DNA of 64,000 nucleotides from Podarcis erhardii (taxonomy: Eukaryota), in the NCBI GenBank assembly GCA_964252035.1, contig OZ176205.1, one strand, 5' to 3'. The translations under genes were made by a program, and so were the position numbers. Below the pieces are notes generated by a model. It had not been told where the DNA came from, made no database searches, and saw only the letters and a program-made list of their open reading frames with translations. Positions 13,988-26,938 of the stretch are shown in pieces. Numbering within the stretch: the first letter of the stretch is position 1; every line of letters begins with the position of its first letter.

Positions 13988-15879
13988 TACTGCTGCTGAA
14001 ACAAAGAAATGGGAGGAATCAAAACCCAAACTCTGCCCTATTCCAGTCCCACCCAGGTATGCACCAGCAGCATCGGTGTCAGAAGGGTAGCTCCATAGCT
14101 CCACCACAGCACACATGCTAAGCTTGATGGACTTCAATGTAATCCAGCAATACTGTTCTTGTAGTCAGCATCAAGTGGTGAGCTGCATGTGCAGAAGAGC
14201 CACCACAGATGAAACTCCACAGACCAAATTTTTGTAGTCCATGACATCATCTGAACACATGCAGTTCAAACACACACACGACACTCCAGTGTTAAGCCAT
14301 AGCTTGCTGGCTAATAAAATAACAAACATGCTCATCTGAACCAACCTTCCATTTTTGGTATAACAATGGAAAGTGCACAATGCTTATCCTGATTCTCCTA
14401 ACAGGCAACCTTGTCGGATTGGTAGGGGAAGGCAGTCTGCAGAAAATGTCATAGGCACGTCTTATGCTGTTTAATAGTCTGATCCTGCTCAGTACTTAAG
14501 CTTCTATTTCCCGGGTAGCTTCAGTGCCTTGAGACATTTAGTGGGACATTAAGGTGCTGGGAGTTTGCAATAAGTGCAAAACACTCTGTAAGGCTTGGTC
14601 CTTTCAATGGATTGTCGGGGCAACATCTCAGTCCATCTGGTGTGTTTTCTGTGTTTATCTGTGCAGCCACCTGCTATCTCCTGAATTAATACATTTACAA
14701 TAACAGAATTTGACTTTATTTTATTTTTAACCTTCCACAAACAAGCTCCACCAGTCCCACCTGCCCACAATTGCTCTGTAATTAAAGATCTTGTTCTCTC
14801 AGTGAACCAATTGGCGGCTGTGCTGCAAGCACATGCAGTCCATTACAAAGGAGACAGATTGAATTTTAACAGCCTCTTGGAGGGTGCATTTGGGCTCCCG
14901 TGTGACTGGCCCAGGCCCCACAATAGCAGGATGATTAAATAAAAGAGATGCAGCCCTCTCGCAGAAACTACATTAAATTCTATTTAGGAGGCATTTGGAA
15001 AACTTCCAGCTGATGTCTGGGGACAGTGGTGCATAATGAGTTACCCAAAGGAAAAGTCAGTGTCCTCAGGGTCCTTGCTCTATGACTTCTATTTACCACT
15101 GTACTGCTGCCATCCAAGCACCCTGGTCCTAAAAGCACATGATTCAAAGTTAGTGCCAGTGCAATGGATGCAAATTCCTTCCAGATAAATGAGTTTAGAT
15201 GGAAGACAATCGGCTTCGTTTGATGCATCTTTTACATGTGCTGAAGGTTTCTTGAACAGAATGCACCTCTGGATATGCAGGGAGATAAGAAGCTTGATCC
15301 CTGATCCTAACCATAACTGTATATGTCTTACTGCATTCAGTGCAACTCTTTCCCAAGTAAACTGGCATTGGTCTCTATGTCCTAGGGAGCAACCTTCCCC
15401 AACCTGGTGCTCTCCAGATGTTTTGGCTGGATGGGGCTGATGGAAAGCCAGAGATTCTCCACCCCTGTAGTTAAAGCAATCATCTAGTTGCGATTTTCCC
15501 CATTTTCAAAGCTCTCGCCCTTTCCCATGATACTGACTTAGAAGTCACACCTGATGATAATGTACTCTTAAAAAACAATGACTGGGAATCAGTATTGTAG
15601 AATTATGAGCTCTTTTCTACACTGTATTGAACTCACGCTGTGAGTGTGCTAGCAGGGCTGCTGGATGTGGAAGGTGTGAAATCATGGAAAGGGAGGAGAT
15701 GCAGAGGAAAGATATATAATAGTATATGGAGTAAATGGAGAGGTGGACTAGATTTGATGGAACATGACTGCTTCCTTTTATGCCACATTTCTAGGTGCAG
15801 TGTGTCCGAGAACTTCCCCTTCCCCTTCTTTTGCCCTGGCACTTCCTCCCAAAAACCCACTCTTTACCACTGAATAGCA

Positions 15880-16234
15880 GGGACGCGGGTGGCGCTGTGG
15901 GTTAAACCAGAGAGCCTAGGACTTGCCAATCAGAAGATTGGCGGTTCGAATCCCCACGACGGGGTGAGCTCCCGTTGCTCGGTCCCTGCTCCTGCCAACC
16001 TAGCAGTTCGAAAGCACGTCAAAGTGCAAGTAGATAAATAGGTACCGCTCCAGCAGGAAGGCAAACAGTGTTTCCGTGCGTTGCTCTGGTTCGCCAGAAG
16101 TGGCTTAGTCATGCTGGCCACATGACCCGGAAGCTGTATGCCGGCTCCCTCGGCCAATAAAGAGAGAAGAGCGCCACAACCCCAGAGTCACGACTGGACC
16201 TAATGGTCAGGGGTCCCTTTACCTTTACCTTTTA
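15880..16234 (+). mobile_element. Sauria SINE (Squam1/POM type), full length
   Basis: gggacgcgggtggcgctgtgggttaaacc head, cctagcagttcgaaagc core, (acc)ttt tail. Confidence 0.92.
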
Positions 16235-17054
16235 GGAGTAAATAGCAATCCATGGGAAACCTGGAGAAGAGGAGAGAGAGGCGGCTGTAGGGAGGCAGGG
16301 ACCTTTAGTCTCGGCAATTGATCCATGGGAGGCAACTGATCCTACCCGGGATGAGTTCGAAACTCTGCCAAGTCTGTGTAGATCTTGTTCCTGCTAATAA
16401 AGGGTTAACGCCAACGTGCACATTGTGATTTACTGCTGGCTCACTCCTGTCACGTATGGATAGAAACATACAAGGACTCAGTAGGCTAGGAATGGCAAGC
16501 AGAAAGAAGAGAAAGAGAGAATGCAACGTCTCCACTTGTTATCCAGCATCTCTTCACAGCATCGTTGCAACCAATTAGGATGTCACTTGGTAGCAATTAT
16601 AGAACCTTAAGGTGCCTACGCACAGTGAATGTGAATGTTTTTGGTTAGTTAAGTTGGAAGTGCTTCAGAGTTTGTGTGTGTGAAAAAGATGCCCAAGATT
16701 TCAGAACTAGCAGTTGGGGATTTTAATGAGCAGCTACACTATGTGAGATGGTAGCTGTGGCAGGTGTGCTCAAATGCTAGTCAGAGAGATTTTGGCCCCA
16801 TGATGTGAACCTGCTGTGGGTCGGCTTCATCTCCTTCATTGAATCTAACATCCCAGGCTGTAGAGAGTTCTCTCTTTTGAAGAACTCTGCTCTCAAGAAT
16901 GTGAAAAATCTTTGTCCATGGCACCCTTAGGAACTTTAATTCTCTGACAGTACAAGAATTTTTTTTGTATCCTCATAGAACTTCCATTCAAAGATCTAGG
17001 GGGCGGGGGGGGCAGGTATCTGTGAAATAAAATTGGTAAACTTCATTATATTTG

Positions 17055-17262
17055 TTATTGCATTTAGATCCCACCTTTTTCTTCCAAGAAGCTTGAGACA
17101 TGGTTGTCTCCCCCTGCATTTAATCCCCACCACAACTCTGTGAGATTGCTTAAGCTGAGAGGCAGTGACTGGTCCAAGGCTACCCAGTGAGCTGCATGAC
17201 CAAGTGGGGATCTGAACCCTGGTCTCCTAGACCTTAACCTGACCTACACCACACTGGCTCTC
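17055..17262 (-). mobile_element. MIR-like/CORE SINE remnant
   Basis: cacaactctgtgag..agtgactggtccaaggctacccagtgagct..tgaaccctggtctcc..acaccacactggctctc. Confidence 0.6.
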
Positions 17263-19974
17263 ATGCATTTGCTCTGTGTATGTGGACTTGGGTTGGGAAA
17301 GAGCATAGAAAGTAAAATGGTACAGATGAATGGCCAAACTAATTGGAATTTGTTTTATTAAGCACTAATAAATCCTCCTGCAGTCACAATCATTCATTCA
17401 AGACTGTCACAAAGGACTGTGAAAAAATATGTGCAGGGCAATTCCCAGAATCCTCAATTCTGTCAAACAGCGACTAGTCCCATTTTTAAAACTCTGCTCC
17501 CAACTAACACACTGCACATTTTCCTTGCCCTCTTCCTGGCCCAAGGTATGTTGAAATGTGTGAAAGGGGAAAGCCACAGCTCTGTGTTCTCTTGTAAGCA
17601 GGATGTTGCTTGCAGTCAACTGGAAGTTTTCCAGAAAAATAAATTTTAAAATGTCCATTTTTCAAGCTTTCATTGGTGTCTGGTGCCCATTGGGACTGAT
17701 AGGACAGGATAGAGGAAGACCCAACACTAGCAGAGCCAATGGCAAGAAGAGTCAGCTAATTTTAGTTTTGTCTTTACACTCCTCCTCCCTTGCTGAGCAA
17801 ACCTGAGACTGAGGAAGATGAAGCTGACAGCCAGCACCATTCCCCAGCAAGTTGTAAGTAAGTTGGCAGGCAGGAGGAGGCATGGCTGGTTCAGGCCAAT
17901 CATGGAGCAGATAGAGCCCTTGGCCAAAGCCCAACCCCACCAGTCGCTGGTGCTGGAGCTGACTTCCTCTCTTCTCATTCACCGACATCAAGAAACATTA
18001 ACACTCATGCCTTAAAGTCCTGCCTGTTAGATTTATTTTATCACATAGATGGAATCTGCCACAGAAAAGATGGCAATGGGAGAAATGGGGCCATAATAAT
18101 TCAAACTGGAGCCTGTAGCTAAATAAAGCAAGCTAAATAACGAACCATGAAAGAGAAACCTAGTTCAACAGAGTTCAGCAGGGCAGGGACTAGCCTAAGG
18201 TCTCCTGCTAATTACCTTTGCAGCTCCTCCATTAGGTAAAATTGCTAAATCCATAATCAGAATTGACTAGCCCATATGCTTTGTGTGGCTGTTAACAATG
18301 AATGGCAGACAAGGAATCAGTAATAATGAGTGATAAGCACAAAATGATTAATGAGGAGTGACAGACGATGCAACTGTCATTCTGCACAGTTTGATTGCTA
18401 GAATACTGTCCTCCTTCACCCCCACCTCCCCCACACACCCCTCCTCTGTAACAAACTGTTTGCTAGAAGCTCATCTTCACCAAACCTCCACATTTGGACC
18501 TAGAAAGGACATTTAAGACAACGCCAGTACAAACGACATTATGGGTCTGACTGAAGGATTTCCACAAAGGTCTCCTACAATAATTGATGCAGTCCTCCTA
18601 CACTGAAGAGGGTGATTCCCTTCCCCACCTAAAACTCGTCTTATATCACAGGTGATTGAAAGCAAAGATGTAGGCTTTAACTGACCATGCAATGGCCACT
18701 TGGACCTCCTCTGGACCCAGGTTCCATGAAAGAGGAGAGGGCAAGCACTGACTGGTCCATAGGATGACCTAAAAGAGAAGTCCCAATTTGTTTTCACTGT
18801 TGTTTCTTTAAAAAATAACATTTATATAGCAATATTTTAATTTAAGAACTTGTATTCCAAAAGATTTGGTCCAGAATAAATGGATCCTTCCCCTCCTCGC
18901 CCTTTTAACATAACAAATAAAATACAAATAAATAAATAAGCCTATACCCACCTCCAATTGTATTTCCACCCTCCCAGAGCTTCAACCTCCAGATGTACAC
19001 ATAACATTAGAGGCACTTAACTAAATTAACAAAAAGATAAAAAGAATGGAGGGGGGAGAGAGAGAACAAAAATAAATGCCTTGAAAATAAACTGTATGCC
19101 GAGCCTTTTCAGAAAGGCTTCCTTAAAGCTGATTTGCTTTAACCCTCACTTTATACTCCCAATTCCAAATAGAAAAGATCAGCATTTCCAGATCAGTTTA
19201 ACGGTTCTTCTTCAAACCACCTCCTGGCTTTGAGGTTCAGAAAGAGAAAGACCCTGTGATTTGCAGAACAAAACCCCCAATCATCTATGAAGCTTAAACA
19301 TGCAACTTGCAATCATCATGCACTCCAGGAAAATTAAATGAACAAGGCTGTGGTTTTCCAAGGCCAAAGAAGTTAGTTACAGGCCCAATGCTCACTCTAT
19401 AAAGGGTGTCGGAGTAAAGATTATATGCCACTGCCTTGCTGTGGCCCATGTGCCAAAATTGATCCTTTGCATTTACGCTGCTGCCTTCCACAAGGTCTTT
19501 TGACTTTTATTATGCCAACTCCCGGAGGAACTGCACTAAAGAAAGGGTGGGCTGCATTGATTTTCACATCCTTCTTGATGGACCTTCATCTTTCTTTCCC
19601 CTCTCTGCGGATGTGTTTTCTTCCATAAATCCATCCAGATCGTGCAAAACAATGTATTTTCCTCTTTTAAAGGAGGCAGGTACAGCATAAGGTTCCTTCA
19701 TTTCCTTGAGACTGGAAAGTGATCTGGGGAAAACTGATCAAGAAATATAGGCAAACATTGTCTTTAAATAGAGACTCTGGACACACAAAAAGCAGGTGTA
19801 AAGAAGAGCTCCAGGCTAGGCTTTTCTCTGGCATGCCAGTTTTCTAGGTGTGCATGTTTTCTATGTATTTTTGTGAGAAGAGCATTCAATCACCTCTCTT
19901 CTCAAGGCTGCCCCAAGAGATTTTGCTGCCAGATGCTAAATACAAGAGGGTGCCCACTCCATGACTAGGTTGGC

Positions 19975-20232
19975 CATTGTTGTTTAATCACCTTCAACAC
20001 ACATCTCAAGGCAATGTACAAAATGCAATAAAAACAGTGAGCAACAATACAGAAAACAGTAGCAGAGTAGGTCTGGCAGAGAAATATTAATCCAGATGAG
20101 AAAGCTTGTTTGAACAAAAAGGTCTTCAATTGTTTATGGGAATGTGTAGCTGGTGGGTGCCTGTTGTATCTTCACAGGATACATGCTGTTCCACAGAACA
20201 GGGGCAGCCACACCAGGATGAATTAATAATAA

Positions 20233-20289
<57 letters not shown>

Positions 20290-20405
20290 ACCCCGTCCAT
20301 CCCGCTGGGCCTCTCCAGCCACTCTGGGTGGCTTCCAACAGAGATTAAAAAGACACTAAAACATCAGTCCTTATGAACTTCCCTAAACAGGGCTGCCTTC
20401 AGAAG
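19975..20405 (-). mobile_element. L2 LINE 3' remnants flanking a (TTG)n microsatellite
   Basis: aaagcttgtttgaacaaaaaggtcttcaat..ttccacagaacaggggcagccac, and cagccactctgggtggcttccaaca..cagggctgccttcag. Confidence 0.5.
20234..20289 (+). repeat. (TTG)n microsatellite
   Basis: Read directly. Confidence 0.97.
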
Positions 20406-20649
20406 CCCTGCTTTTAAGTGTTGACAGAGCACCCTTCAGATATCTTGGGGACATGAAAGTGACACTCTCCTGCAGACTGCACTGACCTACCAGGCATTTA
20501 AGGGGTAATGTGGTCTCTGAAGTAACATGGTCCTGAGTTGTATAATGCCTTATATGCTAGTACCAGCTAAGACTTATTTCAATACTCCAGGTGCTCTTGG
20601 AGGAAACTGGTTTAGGTGGAACAGCAGGGGGGGCCGCAGATGTGCTGCT

Positions 20650-20708
<59 letters not shown>
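20650..20708 (+). repeat. (AC)n(AG)n compound microsatellite
   Basis: Read directly. Confidence 0.97.
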
Positions 20709-20711
<3 letters not shown>

Positions 20712-21359
20712 CAGCTGCAACAACTGTCTCCTGAGGCAGCTACTTCATTCTGTCCAATTGTAGGGCCAGTTCCGTTTGCCCACTCTCAAGATTCAGCTGT
20801 CTCATCCTGCTGCATGCTATCGATCAAGCCTGACTTCTACTGGATTGTGCATTTAGCACCATGCCAGCAGATAAATGTATTAAAACATCCAAATGGCCAG
20901 TAGCAATCCCCGCATGGGTCTTCAAGCCAATTCACAAGTGAAACTAAGAACACATTTGAGCCTGCGATGTGTCTCTTATGAATGCCATTAATGTGGGTCT
21001 GGGAACGGAAGGAGAGTGATTTTTACAGCAGGTTTATCCATCCTACCTTCTCAGGGAACTTGTCTGTGAGAGTTGCAGTATGATCATAAGAGCACTGGGA
21101 AGATGGAGGCAGAATAATAGTTGTTGACATGGTTTTCCAAAGGAGGGCATGTCCCCCCGCCGCCCAGGAAGGAGATCGCTCTCTGATTAAGCTGCCAGCA
21201 GAGCAACCTGATGCGTTACTCACAAGCTGCCAATATAGCTCTTGACTGCGATCTGCACTCAAAAAAAGTGTTTGTGCATGAGTGCATACATGCACGCAAG
21301 ACTGAGAGAGAATATATTCTCTCTGAGCTACAAGCCTATGGTGGGCTATTCCTTTAAAA

Positions 21360-21364
<5 letters not shown>

Positions 21365-21406
<42 letters not shown>
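21365..21406 (+). repeat. (ACAG)n microsatellite
   Basis: Read directly. Confidence 0.95.
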
Positions 21407-22964
21407 GAAATTCTTTCCAGCAGTTGCAGTGTATGCATTTAACTTCTTTCTTCCTTTTTTGTGTGGAAATACTGTATACTGAATGAAGTGATCTCTTAAT
21501 CATGCATAACTTTTTCTGGATTGTGCAAAAATCATTCTAACTTTTATTTCCTCACTGTAGATTTCTGCTGTAAATCAATTAAACATTACAGCAAATCATA
21601 GTTAAGCAAGTTTAAGTGTGGATTTGTGTTTTGTCTGAACTGACAAACTGCGGTTTGTGACCAACCAACAAACCAGGATCAGAAGCTGTGCTTTGAAACA
21701 GGCTTGCAAACCATGTTTTGTGCTACCTGTGGTTTGGAGTTGTGTCTGAATTTATAAACCACAGTTTCCCCAACTTTGGAGGCCACTGTGCTCAGAGACA
21801 CAACTGCTGAGCTGGAAGGAAGGAAGGAATACAGAATTCAGTCATAAGCATGGAAAAGCCTGTTGGCCTGGATGAGACCCATTAGAATAAAGAATCATCA
21901 AAATAAAATAAAACGGGCAAATTCCCAGTATCTGCTGAGACCAAATTCCACACTGTCAATTTTCTTACTGAATTCCCATCTGGCAACTTCCTCTTAAAAC
22001 ATTTTTTTTTCTCTTGAAACATTTTTTTTAAGTACTGTAACCTTAAAGTTTGCTATAGAGTGCCTTGATGGACTAAAATGGACTCCTGTTGTTTTTTTAG
22101 AGTTACATTTTTGATGACCAATTTATCCTCTTCCACAGCAGATAACCATTTTGACATCTGTAAATGTTACAGGGATGCTATTGGCAGCTGATGGTGTATG
22201 CCACGTTGGAAGATGAGCAAGGGGACAAACTCTTGCTAGGACTCATATTGTAAAGTATCTATATAGTCCTACCTGGGTAGACAAGGTGACAGAGTTAGCA
22301 CACTAGTTTGTTGCAGGGTTTTATGTTTCTGCTGTAGCCCACCAGTATGTGGTAAATAGCCACTTCAGACTAGGGGGACTATTCATAAAGAAGAGCAGGC
22401 CCATCTCCAAATGGCCATGAGGGGGAAAGATCATCTCCCCAAATGAACTGCAGATACACTGAAGAGCTAAGAAATGCAGGTGACAAGTGGTGCCCTCTAA
22501 CTTTCTGTGCTGGGCCTGTCTTCCACATTCAGTGACTCCTGGGCGAACTACCCTCCAAGCCCTGTCAATCTGCTGCTGCCCGCCCCCACCCCTCCAGCAC
22601 ACACACACAATTCCCTGGTTGAGTACTGGATTTTAAGAATGCCTGGTGTAAATCCTGCAGGCATTGTTCTCTGTCAAAAGGACGGGCACAAATGCAGTGG
22701 TATCATAAGACTTGGCTTTAGGCAGTGGATCATGGGTGGGAAGAGGAAACAGGCAAACATTAAATCATAATATGGAAAGCCATGAGGCCTTTTTGGTCAA
22801 ACAATTTTCACAGAATGTCAACCCATGATGGACACATGCAGAACACACACAGTTCTGAAACACTGCCTCTGCCACACTTACAGCAGCTCTGTATGAAATC
22901 TCTACTATGCTAAGCTTTGACTCCTGTGTGTTGCTAGCTTGTGAATTTCGTTTCTTACACAAAG

Positions 22965-22986
22965 TTTTTTCGTTTATCTCTTTCAG
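22965..22986 (+). promoter_or_regulatory. Probable 3' splice acceptor of the LRRN2 coding exon
   Basis: ttttttcgtttatctctttcAG|gtgc is the strongest polypyrimidine+CAG site upstream of the ATG. It gives a 328-nt leader. Mammalian LRRN2 has non-coding upstream exon(s) and a long intron. Confidence 0.55.
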
Positions 22987-23314
22987 GTGCAGCCTTAAGA
23001 AGAAGTCTGAATGATGCAAGCCAGGGGAAAAATGAACCACTTATGGAGGAGGAAAAGGAGAAGCTCTGATTAGAAAAAGAAGGACCACAAGGCCCATTAG
23101 GATGACCTCTTTAGCTGAGGAAGCCTCCTACCCCTAGCACAGCACCCTCCCTCAGGAACAACAACTTCTGTGGAAGCTTCCGGGGGTGGCAGGGCAGTGG
23201 ATTTTTGCTGTCTGCTCGTTCCCGTTTCTGGGTTTTGTTTTTGCTTATGTTGAGTTCCAAATGTGTCCTGTAAAAGCTTACACCTTGCATGGAAGTTGGA
23301 CTTGCCAGTTGAAA

Positions 23315-25411
23315 ATGAGACACTTCCAACTGAACTTGCTTCTCATCTGTATGGCAACCACCACTGCAATCCCTGTTGTGCCCTGGAAGGTCAAATGCCC
23401 ACTGCAATGTGTCTGCCAGATCAGGCCATGGTACACGCCCAGGTCTGTGTACAGGGAAGCAGCCACAGTTGACTGTAATGATTTGTTTATCTCCACAGTG
23501 CCTGAAAGCTTGCCAGAGGGGACACAGATTCTTCTCTTGCAAAGTAACAATATTGCCAAGGTCGAGCAGAGCGAGCTGGACTATCTGAAAAACCTGACAG
23601 AGCTAGATTTGTCACAGAACAGCTTCTCAGACGTTTTGGACTTCGGCCTGAAGAATGTGCCCCAGTTGCTGAGCCTTCACCTGGAAGAGAACCAGCTGGC
23701 TGAACTGCCTGACAACAGCTTCCCGGGCCTGTCAAACCTCCAGGAGCTTTACCTTAACCACAATCAAATACGTAGGATTTCACCCCAAGCCTTCTCAGGC
23801 CTTGGAAGTCTCCTTCGGCTCCACCTCAACTCCAACTTCCTGAGGGCAGTTGACAGCCGCTGGTTCCAAGTGTTGCCCAGTTTGGAGATCCTCATGATTG
23901 GAGGCAACAAAGTGGATGCCATTTTGGATATGAACTTCAGGGCCCTATCCAATCTGAGGAGTTTGGTTCTGGCTGGAATGAACCTGAAGGAGATTTCAGA
24001 TTATGCACTAGTAGGCCTGAAAAGTCTGGAGAGCCTTTCTTTCTATGACAACAAGCTGGTCAATGTCCCCAAACGGGCGCTGCAACAAGTCCCTGGTCTC
24101 AAGTTCCTGGATCTGAACAAAAACCCGCTTCAGAGGATTAAGCAGAGTGACTTCACAAATATGCTACACCTCAAGGAACTGGGACTCAACAACATGGAGG
24201 AACTGGTTTCCATTGACAAGTTTGCCTTGATCAACCTGCCTGAACTGACCAAGCTGGATGTGACCAATAACCCTAAACTATCCTACATTCACCCGAGTGC
24301 TTTCCACCACCTCCCCCAGATGGAGACCCTCATGCTCAACAACAATGCCCTAAGTGCCTTGCATAAGCAGACACTGGAGTCCCTCCCCAATCTGCAGGAG
24401 ATCAGTATCCATAGCAACCCCATCCGCTGTGACTGCGTCATCCGCTGGGTCAACAGTACAGAGAACCGCATCCGCTTCATCGAGCCTCAATCCACATTAT
24501 GTGCTGAGCCACCAGACCTAAAGAGGAAGCACATCCGTGACGTCCCTTTCAGGGAAATGACTGACAGGTGCTTGCCCCTCATCTCCGACAAAAGCTTTCC
24601 TTCCCATTTGGAGGTGGCAGATGGTGAGGATGTCTCTCTTCACTGCAGGGCTCTGGCAGAACCAGAGCCAGAGATCTACTGGGTCACACCATCAGGTCTC
24701 AAGCTAATGCCCTACTCCGAAGATGGAAAGTATAAAGTGTACCCCGAAGGGACAATAGAGATCCGCAAGGTTACAGCACAAGAAGCTGGGCTGTACACAT
24801 GCATGGCTCAAAATCTCATTGGTGCCGATACAAGAAGCATCAGCTTGATGGTCAACAGTTCTTTCCCCTTCAGCGAGGATACTCTAGAGCTGCTGGTGAA
24901 GGACGTCCAGGCCTACCACATCTTGGTTGCTTGGAAACCTCATCTCAATACCATTTCTTCCAACCTCACATGGTCCAGCTTCAACCCCAGCCTGGACATG
25001 ATGAGCGTGGCCCGTCTCCCAACAGGCACCCACATGTACAACATCACACGGCTACACCACAGCACAGAATACTGGGCCTGCCTTCATGTCGCCTTCGTAG
25101 CCTTGCAGAGCAAGGTGTCCTGCGTCAATGCTAGGACTAAAGAGGCGCAATACCAGTACCTGGAAAACAGGCAGAGTGCCCTACTGGTGCTGTCTCTTTG
25201 CGTTTTGTTGCTGCTTATTAGCCTTATAGGCAACTATGGTTTGGGTGCTCTCAAGCCACAGCCTGGGAGCCACGGGGCCTGCATGCCATGGAAGTCAGGT
25301 TCCTCTTCAGTGCGTGTTGTGTATCCGACATATATCAAACACTGGGATCAAGCGAGGAAAAGTGAGACACTCCTAGCCATGGAGGTTCAAGCAACACCAC
25401 TAGACTCCTGA
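23315..25411 (+). CDS. LRRN2: Leucine-rich repeat neuronal protein 2, single coding exon, 698 aa
   Basis: Open frame from ATG 23315 (gaaaATGa) to TGA 25409-25411. Architecture: signal peptide, LRRNT (CPLQCVCQIRPWYTPRSVYREAATVDCND), LRR array, LRRCT (NPIRCDCVIRW), Ig domain (LHCRALAEPEPEIYW..LYTC), FN3, TM (ALLVLSLCVLLLLISLIG), short tail. Long stretches match human LRRN2 as I recall it (e.g. LEILMIGGNKVDAILDMNFR, KFLDLNKNPLQR). The track ORF start at 23186 is a GTG. Confidence 0.96.
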   Translation: MRHFQLNLLLICMATTTAIPVVPWKVKCPLQCVCQIRPWYTPRSVYREAATVDCNDLFISTVPESLPEGTQILLLQSNNIAKVEQSELDYLKNLTELDLSQNSFSDVLDFGLKNVPQLLSLHLEENQLAELPDNSFPGLSNLQELYLNHNQIRRISPQAFSGLGSLLRLHLNSNFLRAVDSRWFQVLPSLEILMIGGNKVDAILDMNFRALSNLRSLVLAGMNLKEISDYALVGLKSLESLSFYDNKLVNVPKRALQQVPGLKFLDLNKNPLQRIKQSDFTNMLHLKELGLNNMEELVSIDKFALINLPELTKLDVTNNPKLSYIHPSAFHHLPQMETLMLNNNALSALHKQTLESLPNLQEISIHSNPIRCDCVIRWVNSTENRIRFIEPQSTLCAEPPDLKRKHIRDVPFREMTDRCLPLISDKSFPSHLEVADGEDVSLHCRALAEPEPEIYWVTPSGLKLMPYSEDGKYKVYPEGTIEIRKVTAQEAGLYTCMAQNLIGADTRSISLMVNSSFPFSEDTLELLVKDVQAYHILVAWKPHLNTISSNLTWSSFNPSLDMMSVARLPTGTHMYNITRLHHSTEYWACLHVAFVALQSKVSCVNARTKEAQYQYLENRQSALLVLSLCVLLLLISLIGNYGLGALKPQPGSHGACMPWKSGSSSVRVVYPTYIKHWDQARKSETLLAMEVQATPLDS

Positions 25412-26938
25412 AGGATTCTGGGAGCTTTTTCCCCCCAGAGAGGGTGGGCAAGAAGTTCTGGTGGATTAAAAAAAAATACCAAATATAAATGGGGGGGAAA
25501 GCTCAACCATGAGAACAATAAGCATGGAGGATGAATACAACAAAAAGTCCCCTTTGGATGTCCCCTTACCCAACAAAAATCACCAGTTTGGCCAAACCAA
25601 TGTTCCTTTATACCAAGATGAACAATCCATTGTTTATGGAGGGAAAGTTCCAGCAAAGAAAGTCAGTGCCCAGAGAGCAGACAGCATGAGCTTGGAAGCA
25701 CCAAGCTTGGCATCTCACCATCCCTTTATAGGTTGCCTGTGGATCCCCTGGCAGCCTGCTACCAATGTACGTTTTGTTCAGCAAATTGCTGCTCCCTTGG
25801 AGATACAAAAAAGAGGCTTTTCCCTTATGTGTACATGTGTATTGCCCATCAAGAATCTAATCTTGAACCAAATCCACCGAGCCTCTTCTTGTAGGCTGCA
25901 TGGGTTGCCTCCTGGGGACCACCTTAGGGAAGGTGAATGTGGAGGAAAGGCAAACTTATGGGGCTATGAGATCACAAGGAACAATAATGGTCCTCAGAAC
26001 AATGAATGCATCCTTGAATCTATTAGCAACATCAGTTAGCAAAAATGGATTGGATCTCAAAAGTGGATTGGAGCTTAATTTCAAGGCTATTTTGTAAACT
26101 TTTGTGAATAATGTTTAAAAAAAAGAGGAAGGGGGAGGGTGAAGAAATTCCTGCTTTTCTGTTTTTTGTAAGAAAAAGAAAAGAAAAGAAAAAAATCCTT
26201 TGTATACCAATCTACCATAGCTAGAAGGCTTTATGCTAGGTCAGCATTGCTTCAGCTAAGGGGTGGGCAGTGGGGAGGGGAGGCTATGGGGGGATAATCT
26301 TTGATGTAAGAGAGGTTTCAAAGAATAAGAAACTCTTCGTTTTGAAGTGGCTGATCTCCACGCTGCATAGCTCAAAATATCCCAGGAGACAAAAGCAAGT
26401 GGAGTGGGTGAGGGGTTGAGGAAAAGGGGAGAGGATAAATGTTTCATTTTCTAACTCTGTCATCACCTCTTTGTCTCTGATAAGCCAATTAAAATTGCAA
26501 ATGAAACATACCAGTGGGCAGCGTGCTTTCCCCAAATCTCTTCCTAGTTGAGCAAAATAAAAAAATGCAGCAGTGGGTTAGGGAGTGCAACACCTAGGAA
26601 GAAACTGTTCTACAGAAGAACTATTGTCATTAGTGATTGATGGGGCATCAGCATTTACCTGACTTCCCATCACTGGTGCTGCTGCAGCTTATCAGGAGGA
26701 AGAAGGGCAAGGTTGGTGCAGTGCAAACACACCAGCAGGAGCACTAGATTGGCTCCACTGCTGCAAGTGACTCTGGATGCTGTTGGACTGCAACTCCCAC
26801 CAGCCCCAATCATCATGACTAATAGTCATGAATGATGGGATGTGTAATCCAGCAACAGCTGGAAGTGCACAGGATCCCCATCCCCGCCGAAAAGGATCAT
26901 GCAGCCGTCAGATGTGATGTAACAGTCACTTTATTCGT

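Noticed and set aside
23186-23314. 43-aa N-terminal extension of LRRN2 in the ORF track
   Set aside because: It starts at GTG. Homology and the signal peptide begin at ATG 23315.
25509-26039. 176-aa ORF downstream of LRRN2
   Set aside because: It lies in the presumed 3' UTR and has no recognisable homology.
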